Assembly: GCA_003344405.1 (NCBI GenBank)
Contig: NOWV01000204.1
Location: 1 to 64,000 of the forward strand
DNA length: 64,000 nt
Source of the DNA: Trichoplax sp. H2
Lineage: Eukaryota
Direction of reading: 5' to 3'
Numbering within the stretch: the stretch's first letter is position 1; every line of letters begins with the position of its first letter. Made by a program: the position numbers and the translations under genes. The notes beneath the pieces were generated by a model. It did no database searches, was not told where the DNA came from, and was given only the letters and a program-made list of their open reading frames with translations. Of the stretch, positions 48,001-62,386 are shown piece after piece.

Positions 48001-51000
48001 CTCAGGTCTAGCGCCGCCATCTTACTAATGATTATATAATTATCGGAGTTTCACTATAGAACAATTTTTTTACATCTAGTTGGCTATTACAGAAGTAAGG
48101 GCAGGTTAGCGGAAATGAGATCACTATCGACTTTTATTATAGATAGCAGCAGGAATATTACATCGTAATAATCAGACAGATAGGAAGATTACTTATCATT
48201 CAGTTACTTCATCATGCCGATAGAATTAGCTATTGCAATTAATATGGCTGCAAAATTGATCCATACTAACCTGATATCGCCATCCATACCAGAAATCAGG
48301 AAAACCATGAAGGAATAAAATGACTTGGCCACTTCCTTTCTCGACAAAATGGATTTTGATACCTTTCTATAAATCAAATAAGGCATCAAGCTCATGATGT
48401 TTGGTCTGGATAAATATATTACATAGGTCTACATTGTCTGATATTGAGTTATTTTTGAATTTAAATTTATAAAATTTATGAAAAGAGTGACCTTGGTCGT
48501 GATTTGGCCATGCACTACTTCATTTTCATTGCATGACCATGGCTTGGATGGTAGTAATAGCTATATGAAAGCATCCGAGATAATATGAACTTATTAGGCC
48601 ACATTTAGAAGTATTTATGATTTCCTAGACGGTAAGTATCCTATGCCTATTCATCGATGCAGCACTGCTCGATATTAGTAAACTGATATATCTGATCTTT
48701 CAATTTTATTTAACTAAGTTCCACGCAATATTAATGTTGGCCATTGAAATAGCTCGATAAATTTGTAATCATATTTTTAATCTATTGCCTAATTGCAATA
48801 GGACTTTTTTCAATTAACTAACATTAATTTCAATAAGATTTCCTAATTGAATTAAAAGCTCTTTGTTTTCATTTGCTACGATACAGGCTATACCAAGATT
48901 TCTTGCTATCTCAGCCGATAATTCTGATTGTTCTATAGTTATTATCTAAAGACAGTCAAGTTTAAAAGACATTGATGTTATTCAAATAATTATTTAATAG
49001 TTTAATGTGAATATGATTCAAGCCATCCATTACTATCCATGTTAAGCTTAAGCAAATACTGGGAGCTCATCTGTATAAAAATGATTACGGTGATTCCTAA
49101 ACTAAACTTTCTCGATATTAAATAATTATCTTAGCTAGAAGTGGATTTCTAAATCACTGCAGCCAATGATATAGAATTGCACAAATAATGATTTGTCATT
49201 GTCCATGACGATATAGAATGATAAAATTATACATAAGTACATCATTTTTACCCCCATAGTAAACTATGAACATGATTTGATGCATGCATAACAAGCCATT
49301 CGAAGTTTATCCTGATGCTAGAAATGCATTCTTATGAAATTATTACTATTTTGTTCTGAAGTAAACATGCTCGGCAATAACTAGCTATCTTAACAAGTAG
49401 TAGATTTCTAACAAGCTACAGCTACTGATGTAGAATTGCAAATAATTATCTATGACAGTACGGAAAAAGAGAGATTAATCCATGCTTAAGTGCTTTATCT
49501 TTACCTCATGCAATTGGACATCCATTTGTTGCATAACATATTGGTAAATTTCCTTAGAAGGTCCAGATATTCCTATTTGAGTTGATTCAAAATAATAATT
49601 GGCTAGGCCTTTCAAGTATAATTTGATTTTGGAGCTGATGGATGAATTAACAATATTGCGATCGTCAATCCAGGAATTGCAAATGATGGTAATTTTATAT
49701 CCTAAGCAACAATAATTTAAAATAAAAAAGTCTATTTAGTACCGTATAAATTGCGGCGTAATTCTAATTTTCAGTAAGTAGGATATGTAGACAAGGTATG
49801 CCGATAGGGAATAAGAACATTGACCTGATCGCTTTAATTTGGCCATAACAGAAACAATTTCTTTATTCATTTTCAAGTCATCAATACATTCAGCGACTAT
49901 TCGTTCAATACTAAAATTTTCCGGTAGCATCGTATTCGATTGCTCTGCTTCATTGAGGGCAAGTTGATTTAAATCCTTACAGTACTATATTGAATTTTTC
50001 CCGAATTCAAAAAATGTGATAAGTTGGTATTGGAAGAGTTAATCTTGTTTCTAGCATAAATTGACATACCTGACTCATCGTAATTTTACCATTAAGCAAC
50101 TGATGAACTGGGCTGCCATCCTTGTTGTTTTGCCTGAGGATATCAAATAGGAATTCTCTATTTTTCCAACAATTTAATAAGTATAGATAAATTAGCTGGT
50201 TTTGAATTAGGATTATTAGTAACTATCCTGCGACCAAAAGCATTAATCAGTTATACATCTTATCAAAGATTAAATCGATTAATAATTAGAAACTTGTCAT
50301 ATTAAATTCTGCGAAAATAGTTACAACAACGAAGGATAATTTTTATTCATGATGAAACACTTACTTCTGTAGTCAAAGAGTAGAAAATTATGCATTATGC
50401 TCCATTTCTGTCATAGGATTATCTATATTTTATATCAACCAGTAACTCTGTTCGTTATATCTACGGCTGGTTATTATATGAAATAACTTCTGTAGATTGA
50501 TATATTGCATTCCATCCGAGCGTAAATTAAATCGATGATTTTATTACTGATAGGAACTAGATATGTCTAGAGATGGAATTAAGAATTTTTATATCTGCCT
50601 GCATGCCTACTCTATTACATCTAGGTCATTATACTAAATAAATTGGGTCTATTCCATACAAGTGTAAATTTAAATCGATGGCTTTCATTAATGATTGTGT
50701 ACTAGATGTTATTTAATGATTACGAATTAGACATGTCTAAAACTAGAATGAATTCGTTGTGGATAGAATAATTTTCGATTTAACGAATCAATTCCCAATC
50801 TCATTACTTGCTTAAACCATACAAGCTTACCTTGATGGCTGAAACGAATATGTGAATTAGTGCTTACTTACTTTGGTAAGCCACAGTCCCATTCGTATTT
50901 CATCACTCCATAATGTAATGGTGTGACTAAAACGCCATAATAGTTGAAAACAATTACCTTATATCGCTTGTTTCTATAAAAAAAATAAAACAAAGCATAC

Positions 51001-51675
51001 ATTAAAGCTAAAATTGACATTGTTGCTACTGTTATCGTAAATGATTTAATAAAGCTACTAGTTTAATTTTTAAAGATCGATCGGAAGTTGATTACCATTT
51101 AGGGCCGATTAAAAAAGTATACTAGTAATAATAGTATTTGCCCGGATGATTAGAGAGCTCAATATCGTTCCTTAACTATAGCTATTTTACCCAGTACTCA
51201 TCGTATCTCTTGTCGTCTTCTTGACAGGGATTGCGGACGGAATAGAATCGTGGTAGTCTTATGTGGTTAATAGTTGATCAGTCTTTCTTACAGGCCCAAT
51301 TTATAGTTTGCTTTGCTTCTGGAAATTACCAAATTATCATAATAACTTGTCGATCTATCATAATTATTCCGGATGTTCTAAGAATTTAACAAGTTGACTT
51401 ATGCCGATTACCATATTTTCTTCTAATGGATTTCTCAATAATGATAAATGATCTTGCTATTTTGTTACTGTATACAGTAATTAATAACATTATTCGATCG
51501 TTAGGATAATAATGACAAGAGTTTACACGCATATTATTTTACCTATAATTCTATCAAGTCAATATTGATTTTCTCTCAAGCGATTATATTATTATTATAA
51601 ATACTTACCTTGGATCCTATTCTCTCTCTCTCTGCTACTCTCTTGAGGGTTGTATTCAGGTGATGAGTTAAGCAT
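45089..51675 (-). CDS. EPHX2: Soluble epoxide hydrolase-like protein (HAD-like N-domain + alpha/beta hydrolase)
   Basis: Exons read VIVFNYYGVL, LPENFSIERI, ICNSWIDD, HGQITTK|KGIKIHFVEKGSG..ILFLHGFPDFWYGWRYQ|IP, VGHDIGG, RVRAVASLN.PY, EELDYYV, DCSHW..ERPQEIN. Two phase-compatible 5' exons start at ATG 51675 (alternative ATG at 51201). Stop at 45089. Confidence 0.9.
46520..46910. repeat. Degenerate ~60-85 bp minisatellite in an EPHX2 intron
   Basis: Recurring ataagaaata.atg.gaatt.....gaaaaaag.gaat units, about 5-6 copies. Confidence 0.6.
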
Positions 51676-53592
51676 AGATTATATATAAAATGCGGGCAAA
51701 AGTCATTTTGATTGGTATTTACACAGTTTAATTAATTAATTTTATGCATAAATGATTTTTTTGCTTACCATAGAATTAAATTGAATAAATTGTGACTGTA
51801 ATATCATCGTGATACTTGTATAATAATTAATCTATTGTAGAAGGTAGTTTAAACTTGAAGTTGATATGACAGTATTACTAATTACCATCAAATTTCTCCT
51901 CCCTTTACCTTGTGTCAGAATTAATATTGATTTAATCATGCCATCCCTTGATAAATACTTACAGTCGTCGTTGCATCAAGAGTTCATGATAAATTACAAA
52001 GTTACTTTTCACTAGGTCTAAGCTCAGGCAAATAGTCCAATTAGAAAATAAGAATTTTAAACTAATTCATCCCCTAGGGCTACACTTCATGATAGGGAAA
52101 TCTCGAGTCATTATTATGACAGGGACTATGAGTAGAATATTGAGCTCTTTTTAATAAGAAATTGAGGCAATTACAGTAATCATCATTAAAATTTCTTAGA
52201 TACTCTTAAATTACATGATCATACTTTTAGTCGCGACTTCTACGTTATCTGTTGATGAAACATCAAATCATCTACTATTAGGGATCTTAAGTACAGACAG
52301 CTATGGCATTACATTTTTACGTCTATGGACTAGTCTTTCACAAAATTATTTCTAAATATCGAGTGGCTATCATTAGCAGTCGCGATGGTTGCAAAGATTT
52401 ATTGAGAAAGCCATCACGTTGTCTATTATTAAGTTCAGACTGTCATAATGGTAAAGAAAGTTAAATATGCACCAATTTATAAACTGTTATCAGATCATAG
52501 GGTAATACTTAGTAAGATTTGTTATGACCGTAGCGATTTGGAAATCTCAAGTCTCTATCTTTCACTTTAGACAGTCAGTCATATAGGTGAAAAATTGAAA
52601 GTACTTCGTGATTTAACCTAAATCACAGATGGTAATCTACAGTTATTAAAGCTGTACTGCAGCATTTAGCATTTGCACATTAATAATTAAAGTAAAGTAA
52701 TCCTAATAACGTCGAAGTTAACGAACGATCTGCAATCGTTGTCAGTATAGGAACAATTAGCAAAATTTCAAGTTGCCTGTTATTACGCCTAAGCTCAGAA
52801 TCTTATGAGATTAAAAATTCAGAGCCAATGAAATAACTTTGATGTCTTTATTATCCTTTGAAATCCTTCTAATGCGAGCAATTTCCAAATCTCTACTATT
52901 TAGCTACTTAAGTATCCTCTGTTACAGTTATCAATTTCCATAGTTAAAATGCTGTTTCCAATAAAAATGTTTACACTAAAGCATCAAATTATCATCATAG
53001 ACTATAACAAACGGTTAGATAGAGCAGGAAATTGTTTATAAAAAAGAAGACAGTGCCTCGCATAGAAATTTTATAACATAGATTGTAAGTGATGGATAAA
53101 GAAGTAGTAATGTGGTATATAATCTGCCAAAATGATTATAAACTTCAAACATAAAATCAAGGTTTAATGTAGAAGAGCTATACCGGTCCTTCATTATATT
53201 TAAGATAGGAATTTAACCTATTAGGATAGCTACCTGCCTATATGTTCATACGTTGAAAAATAGTCTTGATAAAATAAAATAGTTAAACAAATGAATAATT
53301 ACTGTATCATATAACATTATAACGGTTTATAAAGATTGCTGGCTGTATAATCTTGGCTAAATACGGCTAAGAACAAACAACCATATCCAAGGTAGGCATA
53401 AGGAAGCTCATTTCCAATTAGAACATGAGCCTTCTGTAGTAAACACTTTTGGCTAATATCATCAGCTAGAGAGAAAATAACCATTGCAATATGAATTAAA
53501 TTTCAGTAGTAAATTTAATGTAGCAAAGAAGTTATATAATTCAAAATGAACAATACTTACTTATACTATGCTATAGTATCAGGTTAAAGCTT

Positions 53593-56500
53593 TTACTTTT
53601 TCGTAGTTGGTGTGGAAGCAGTTATATGCAATGATATATCAACATTTTTGTTCATGCTGTTTCGATTGACACTACCATTCCTTGGGCTTTTTTCAACCTT
53701 TTTGATTGTTGCCAAGGGGCTACTACTAGTTAAGAGATATTCGTCGATATCAGTTTCTTCTTTATTCCGCTAATGAAGGTAGACACAAATAAAGTTAATC
53801 ACATTTTTGATTGTTATCGAAATAGAATAATTTACGCAAGCATTCATTTCTAGCTGCAACTCGTATTTGATTTTAGAATGCAGTAAAAATTTACACTATA
53901 GGTAAAATTGATTCATTGGCAGAATTTAAAAGTTTCCGACAATCGAAACTTACGGTTTCATTAATACTATTTTTTAATAACTTTAACTGGCCTTCCAGTT
54001 GCTTATTATAGATCTCTAATTTAGCCATTTTCTTTTCTAAACGATTCTTATCCTCTTTGAGTCGAACTGCTTCCGCTGATAATTCCTCTTCATCTTCAGC
54101 CATGGCAAGAAGAGGGCGATCAGTTTCAATACTTGATCGATTTTTACTTGAGCGTCGCCTAATGGAGCTATTAGCTGAATTAGCTACACTGCTGTCATAT
54201 TTCGATTGCAGATTGCTAATCGAAAAGAAATTAAAATTATATAGTAAACACGATGGAATTAGTTGGTACTTATTAATTTTCCATAGATTTTAATTTTTTT
54301 CACTTACCGCGATTGTTTCTCTAATTGAACAATTGTATCATCTAAATCTTCAGTTTGATCACCATCGATGTTGGTAAGAATTTGCATTGGACTTTGTGTC
54401 TACAATATTAATGGAGGGTTAGTATACACAGTATTTAACATAATTTGCCAATAATAACAAATAATTAATAATACGTTCATTGCACTAGCTAAGTTAGATT
54501 AGTTCTTCAATTTAACTTATGCAAGGGCAAGTAAAACATTATTACCTGCATGGAAGGATTATTCAAGCTGTGTAGAACGAGCCAGATGAAATAAAGGTTA
54601 GATATTATTCTTGAATCCATGCTATATCAACTTTTATTTTATTCAATTTACCTTTGGCAATACTGAGCAATTAATTGATGTTCTTCATCCCTATATTGAC
54701 ATAAATTCGTGTAGGACAATTTTTAACTTAATTTATGCGTATTTACTGAAGATAGAATACCATTATTGAGATGCTATTTCAAGAATAATAAAAATTACTA
54801 ACGGTTGTTGTTCATTTTCCGTGTTAGAGGCATTCAAGGATCTACTGTCAGAGCTTGGAGTTCTACTGTGCATAGGTCTGACGTAAGATTTCGAAAGTCA
54901 TTACATGAAAAATTTTCTACAAATATCGACTAAATCTAAACTTTACCTGATAATCTCTTGTCGCTTGTGCGTACTTTTCTTTCCTAGGGCAGATAATTGA
55001 CTAGGCCTAAAATATGAATGTAAGATTGTTTGACTAAATGATATAATACTTATTACTAAACAGATATTAGATGATTTATATTGGGATTAATAACGCTAAT
55101 TATACTCACGATTCAACACTATCCCCTTCAACAACAGATTGTAAAGGTAGATAACCAAGTTTACGACTACGACGTCGCATACTCTTAGTTTTCAATTTAT
55201 TACGAACGAATTTGAAGAAATCCTTAGCATCATCGCCTGTTGAAGACTATTTAAAAGGTTTACAGGAATGAATTAGGGAATTGTGGCACGATTAATAAAT
55301 CAACTAAAATCGTTATAAATACCTCCAAGCAATACTCTTGCATTTGATGAGATGATTTATGTCCTTTACAGGTCTCTCCTTTGAAAAAGCATGCCTGACA
55401 CATATCGAAATTAAAACATTCCAAGCAACGATATCTAGAGGGATGCAGTATAGTTAATATCATTACACGCCGATACTAATATCACATTGGTTATTATTCA
55501 TTTTTATCGCAATATATCACTAGCACAGTACCTTAATCCTTTAAATGCAGCAGTCTTGCAAACACTACATCTTGTCTGATGAGAGACTGTAGATTTAATA
55601 CAATTAAGAATTCAGGATTACATTCACGATTCTCAAGGTTAAACTTGGCTTATTATAATAAAATATATTTTAGCATATTAAGGTATAAAAGGAACTTGTG
55701 TCACCATTTTCTGCTGCTGATATTCTATGCATGACTGGAAGCCAAACCATAGACTGTGGTTCAGCCAACATCCAATCGAGGAATTGAACAGAGCCAACAA
55801 ATTCCTCTGAATTACCCTGTATGTTAATAGAATTGGGATAACAGCATGAATTTTTAATACCATTCTTTAATAGTAAAAATATTCATATCAATCGCGCTCC
55901 TTTTCCACTAAAAAATAAAGGGATGTGTTACCGTTTCCAAACAGCTACGAATACTAGGTTCGATATTACTTCCTCCAAATGCAGCAACTTCGCCCAGCTG
56001 TCGTGGAATCTGAAATTAATTTATAAACGAGTTATTAAAAGGCAGAACGATGTTCAAAATGACGGAAATTTATAATTTAGACTTTGATTTGGAAACGTTA
56101 AACTGTAGATTCGGTAAAGCAATGAATCAAAGAATTATACGAGATAAAGTGCCGGACATCGATACACTATTCGGTTAGTACCCTTTTAAAACAGCTAACT
56201 CAAGTACCTGAAGACAATCGTGAAGAAATAGGCCTAATCTCGCTTTATCGGTGCAGCCATCATGACGGGCAATAAGATTGAACATATCTAGTAAAAAACC
56301 GATCAAAAGTATACGATTTATCACGACAGTTGCTTATAACATATTGCAAAATTTAATAAATCAGACAAAGTTTCATAACTCAGTAATAGTCGTCGTAATA
56401 ATTAGCAGCTAATAGTATACGTACATCTGTATTTTTCTTCAAGCGGCGCATTACATAATATTACGAGGCCAATTCTAAGCGACAAGATACGTATTTTACC

Positions 56501-59500
56501 AGTTCTGGGCCTGTATCCGTAAGAAATTTGAATATTACCGTAGGCAATCATTCATTGTAATAAAAAATCAAGACCATTAGTATAGAAACGTCAAACTTAC
56601 ACGTCGTAGACATTTAATAACCAATTGACGACTAAATCTTTGTATAGCGGTATTTTTTTCCTGCTAAATTTCTTATTATTAATTCTTTCATAGACGATAT
56701 TCAACAACTTATAAATATCGTTAATGTCAATGTAGGCATCATTCTTAAATCGGAGGCCAGAATCTTGGAAGGCAGTCTTTAAAGAATTTAGCTCGATGAA
56801 ATTTACTGAAAAGAAAAGGGGCGTAAAATATTAAAATGCCCGACTCTTCATATATATCTTGCACAAGAAATACTATAGGCCGAAATACAAGGCCTTCGAT
56901 ACCGATTATTAATATAAATATAAACAAAAGACATATTCAAATTTATTTGGTGCTTACAAAATAAGCATTTTTGTAATTTCCTTAGTTTCATAGCGGTACG
57001 ATAAGCGGCATACTTAATGAAATTGTTGTTGACTGAATAAAATACAGAGTTAGCAACTTTCATTAGTAAGATTTCAAGTATAATTATTTTACACTGATAG
57101 AAGACTTTACCAAGTAAATCATAAATTTCAGTCATTTGCGGGTGGTCCCATTGTGTGACTTTCTTTTCATGACTAAAAAATTACAGTATACATAAGTTAA
57201 GGTCAGTAATAATTTATTTTTACTTAAAATTTAGTATAATCCATGTTACGAGTAATATAATTTTCATACTTACTTAACATAGTACGGTACATTATTAACG
57301 GTTAATGATTTTTCCCATGGTGGCTCTAATAAATCTATACGCATGCAAATGTTTCGTTATATATATTTGATCTTTGATCCTAGTAGCTACCAGCATTAAA
57401 GTATAGCAGATAATATTCAATCATATCTCGTGTTATGAACTAACCACTGGAGGTAACTTCCGATTGATGATGAGATACTTCAGTCGTTGTATCTCGGAAT
57501 TCTTTGAGTTCATCAATCCGTATTTGCTCACTTCGGGTTAAATCGGCCCAGCGACGATTGATATCAGAATACTGATCAATAATAACTCTGTTCAAGGTAA
57601 TTCCTTTTTTGCCAATCGAGAAATATAACCGTTTGATATTTTCGATATTAGGACGATTTTTTTGAATTGATTCCCTGAATGACTGTTATCATTTAAGTAG
57701 AGGTGAAGATTAAACTTAAGCAAATACACGATTACAGTGACGCAGATAACCAATAAGATTTCGAATATTTTATATCTGCAAGTTGGTTATGCAGATATCA
57801 ACTAACCTTGAGATCTTGAAGTTGAGAACTTAGATTTTCAGAATTGATATCACGAGGGCTGACCCATGATAATCTTTTTTTCTCACACGAAAGAAGTTGT
57901 GAAACAGCTTCTCTCATCAATGACGTTAGCTCATTAAATTCCTAATTTCAGATACAAATTGAAGCCAATATCAAAACGTATTTAGGTAATATTTACTTAC
58001 TAATATACGGCAACCAACATTGCACGCTTATATAGATCGTATTACAATACATCACAAAAATATAAGACCATCTTTACGTACAAGGATAGTTTTATCCAAT
58101 AAAGTCTGCCAATCGTCCGCACGTTTCGAAACACTATTCCATCTATCACCTAGTAATGCTAGTAATCCCTTCAATTCAACCATAGGTTGTTGATCAATAT
58201 CACCATACTGATCTTCTTGAGTTCTATCATCCTGACTCTTTGCATATAAACTACCACTTTCAAGCGTTTCTTCGACAAGAGGCTGATGTGTTGCCAGTCG
58301 AGACCTAATATCCTACATTTGCAGGCAATAAAAACGTATGAGTGGTTACAATAGAGAAGAAAAAGAGAAAATATAATAGAGTTATACGAACCAGTAAATT
58401 CTCATTTTGTTGTTGCAAAGCATGCAGATCTCCTTTCAGAGGTTCTTCCGCAGCTAATTCATCATTAACTTGTAATAACCATTCGTTTAACTTGCGTAAA
58501 TTACTTTGTAGCTCATTCCATTGTCTGCAATGTTCTTCTATAATCACACCAATGTCGATAATATCCTCCTGTAATCGTGCCCAATCATCTTGTAATTTGA
58601 CAATTTTATCTTTCAAAACCTTTTCCTCATCCTCATTTAGATCAGGATTAACCCGATTTCCTGCCTTAATTATTTGCGACATAATTGATTCGTGATCCTG
58701 TATTTCTTTACGAAGGTTCTACGATAAAATTTAATTACATAATCTTGAATACTTTTTATTTTTAAGATCAGTAAATAAAAGATTTAACAAATTCTGTATA
58801 ATAAACTAGCAATTAGTTCTGATATTTACTTGGTAGTTTTCTTCTTGATATTTGATCATAATTGGATCGCGGCTACTTGTTTTTACGGAAGAATGAAATT
58901 TATTCAGCGTATTATCGATCCCAACTAACCAAATTAGGGCATTTTCCAAATGGGAATTAAAATTGCTAAAGCAATCTATAGCATCCAATAGTCTCATTTC
59001 TCGTGCTTTTAATCTACGATTAAATAAACGCAGCCCAAAATTTATGAATGTTTCCTTCCAACAAATTTGAAATGACAATTTTATCATTAGTGATAGCAGT
59101 ATACTAACCTGTCCTTAATCAAAATCCATTTCTCTTCAATTGCTCCTACGCTATGCTCGAGCAAGATCGTGTCTTCCGTTTGATTTTCTTTCACAAGATT
59201 ATTTCCTTCTTCAATAATATCAGTAACTTGGCTTTCTTCCGATTTAATTTCATGGGAAAATTCCTAATACGTAAAAATTACCAGAAAAATATTAATGCCA
59301 TTGTCGTAAGTTCGTAGTTAAGATCATAAGTTGACAAAACTGATCCTACTAGCATAGAAATTATTTTTGTTCAACATACGTAATGCCTAGTCAGCATGGC
59401 AGTGATTTCATCCAAATCATCAGGTATATCTGTCCCTTCATGCTCATCAATACGTTTTTCCAACCCAAACAGCATTTCCAAGCATTTCCCACGATTGATT

Positions 59501-62386
59501 TGGTACGGCTTCCATTGTGATAGTAATGAATCCAGGTACTCTATTTTATCCTTAACTGCTTTATTCGTATTTGTCCATAAATTATTTAGTTGCTCTATCG
59601 CCTCCTTTAAGATATCAATATTCGCTTTATAAGTTTCTTTTCTTTGCAACTCTTCGCCAGTAGAGACAACATTATGAACTTTCAACGTATATGATCGTAG
59701 CTTATTTTCATAATCCTAAAGTCATTAATTTGATTTGGGAATCAGATATTTGAGTAAGATGCAAGGATGATAAAATTTATATATAAGTAAAAATATAAAA
59801 CGAATGAAGATAAGAGGGACTCGATAATTACTTAATATTGATTATAATTATAAGTCACCTGAACTTCATTTAATTGATTTTCAGCGCCATCAATATCATA
59901 GAAAGCGACAGATGGTAAATCAACTTTTCGTACTATATTTTCTAAGTCAGTCTTTATTATAAATCTTGTCCTGTCAAATTCAGGCCATTTCGACTTCTGT
60001 TGTTGATTAGCTGATGAACTTAATTTTTCATTTACTGAAATCTATTTCAATCGAGATAGTAATATTCGATTATGCTATTAATGTACTGTAAAACGTAACT
60101 TTTAGATATTAATTTATTGGGTTTAGAGTCTAAGAGGATCGATCTGTACGTGATTAAAGTTCGCAATAGGTACGTTCACACACATACAGAAATATAATTT
60201 GAATCCAAGTAAATTACCGTATGAAGTTCTTTTACAGACGTCGATAAGGATAGGATTATAAGCCAGCCATTGTGTATGTCTTTAATTTTATTACTTAATT
60301 CATTTATAAAATCGCCATCTTCATCCTTTAATTCATTACCTTTCTCAATTATTGATTCAATGCGATCTTGACGTTCAGCAATTGATTTTGATAATAGCTA
60401 CACAGAGAAGAACAAGTTTTATTTGCATGTAGAAAATCAATAACTATATGGAAGTTTATATACTGTACATAGTTTTAAATTAATATTGTAATAGAGGTGT
60501 TGAAAGATATTGGTAGTAGTTTAAATTATCAACCTCAACATCTTCTTTAGACAATTTATTTGTCTCACTGCTGCCTATATCGAGGAGATAATCTTTTGTT
60601 GCTAAAACCCAGTCGTAAATATCGTCTAATTCGATTACGAAACGACGCCAACTTTCCACCTTTTCTTCTAGTAGGCCACGCTGTCGTGGAATTTCAGAGC
60701 TAACTTTTTTCCATAAAGGATTTAAAGCATTTAGTTGTTCTTCTAGAACTTGCAATTCATTATCCGATGTTGCCTCGTTCATAATAATTTCTTGAGCACC
60801 TTCATTAATAACTCTGATTTTCTCTTGACGTTGATCTAAATTAGACTCGATATCCTGGTATAAGGTACAAATGATATCATGACATAAAATAACAACAAAG
60901 CCATTCGGTAAAATATTTTAACGTATTAACAATTATATCATATCAGAATAGTACAACTTCCGTAACTCACCCAATACTTGTGTAGCAGCTCTTCTAAATC
61001 AACTAAATTATTTGACCAAGCTCCCTCATTACGAATACAGATATCAATTTCTGATAGCCACATCATCATTTCAACGATTTGACTTTGTAACGTTCCCGAT
61101 AGATCAGAGTTTGTATCATGTCTGTAACGTAAATAATAATGTCAATGGTTACGATAACTAATATAAATTGTATGGATAGGGTTAAGACAAGATTGTAAAT
61201 TGCACAAATAGAATAAAATACAAGACTAACGGTAGGCTCTCATCGGTTAGAAAATTTTTGACATCATTCCATCGGCTATTCATTTTAACGAGTTCATCTT
61301 TTAGTGATTTGTCCTTCGTCAGTATTAAATTATTGGCAATTTCTCCACCACTGATGTTGATTCTATCAACAACGCTAGATCTGGTGTTTAAGCCATCTTC
61401 TAGTGTCTATTGGATTCAAGAATATACAATCGGTTAAGCGTATAAGGTAATTTTCATTAATGAATAAAGTCTTAACAAGTGGGAGTGTTAGCATGATTTA
61501 TTGTAGTTCGTACCTCCAAAATGGTATTTTTATCCTCATCATTTTCAGTAAATGATTCAATCATTTTTTCAGCGTAACCAAGCCATAAATTTGTGTGTTC
61601 AACATCATCATGAAGTTGATTCCAAATATTTAAATCTTTATTCAATCTATAACGATGTGTTTCGTACTCAGCATTAATAATTTCGTAACTATGCAGCATT
61701 GCTTCATAAGCATCTTTAGCATCATCGACATCTTGAATATCCCACAATGGATATTCCTCGGTACTAGGTTCAACTAATTCTTGTAATTCTGTACCAATCT
61801 CCTGTAATAGTGATCCTACATTCTAAAATATACCAATACATAATAGCATTGACAAAATGATTTTAATTGCAAGCATGTCCAGTATATAACTGTTAATAAG
61901 GAATCAAAGGTAGATGGATACTTTTTATTGAAGATTTAAGGTCTTCAATGGAATTAATTGTAACTGTTAAATACCTGAAGTTTGATATCTTGTTTAACAA
62001 TCTCAACAAAACGAGGGAAACGAAGAACTTCTGCACATAATGATTCAGCTTGTGATATTCTACCAGTAAGTTCTTTGATTTTTTGAGATAATTTCTCCAA
62101 CGTTAGAGTCTCGTCTTTAATCATAACGCTATCTTCTGTTTCATGAAGCGATCGACGAACACTAGCTTGCTCTACAATCGATTCTGATTATTTAAAAGCA
62201 AAGCATTATTAATATTCATGAATATGAGCATTATAGTATATCCTATTCTTCATTACAACAGTTATTATTACTGGATTACAGTTTCAGGATGCAAGTCATG
62301 GAGGTACTCACTGCATATAATGTTTTATGATTAAAATATGGATACATTACTTTACCGATCTGACCGATTAATGCACGTAAATGCAT
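53593..62386 (-). CDS. DMD: Dystrophin/utrophin-like protein, C-terminal part (probably continues beyond the window)
   Basis: Spectrin repeats, WW ([16 protein letters not shown]...TQWDHP), [17 protein letters not shown]-hand region ([37 protein letters not shown]), ZZ finger (CSVC...[16 protein letters not shown]...HQMQEYC), [10 protein letters not shown] and coiled coils. Stop at 53593. The last secure exon begins at 62183. Confidence 0.92.

Noticed and set aside
47970..48020. MAALDLSG... as the start of the hydrolase gene
   Set aside because: It lies inside an intron between the HGFP exon and the IPYF exon of EPHX2.
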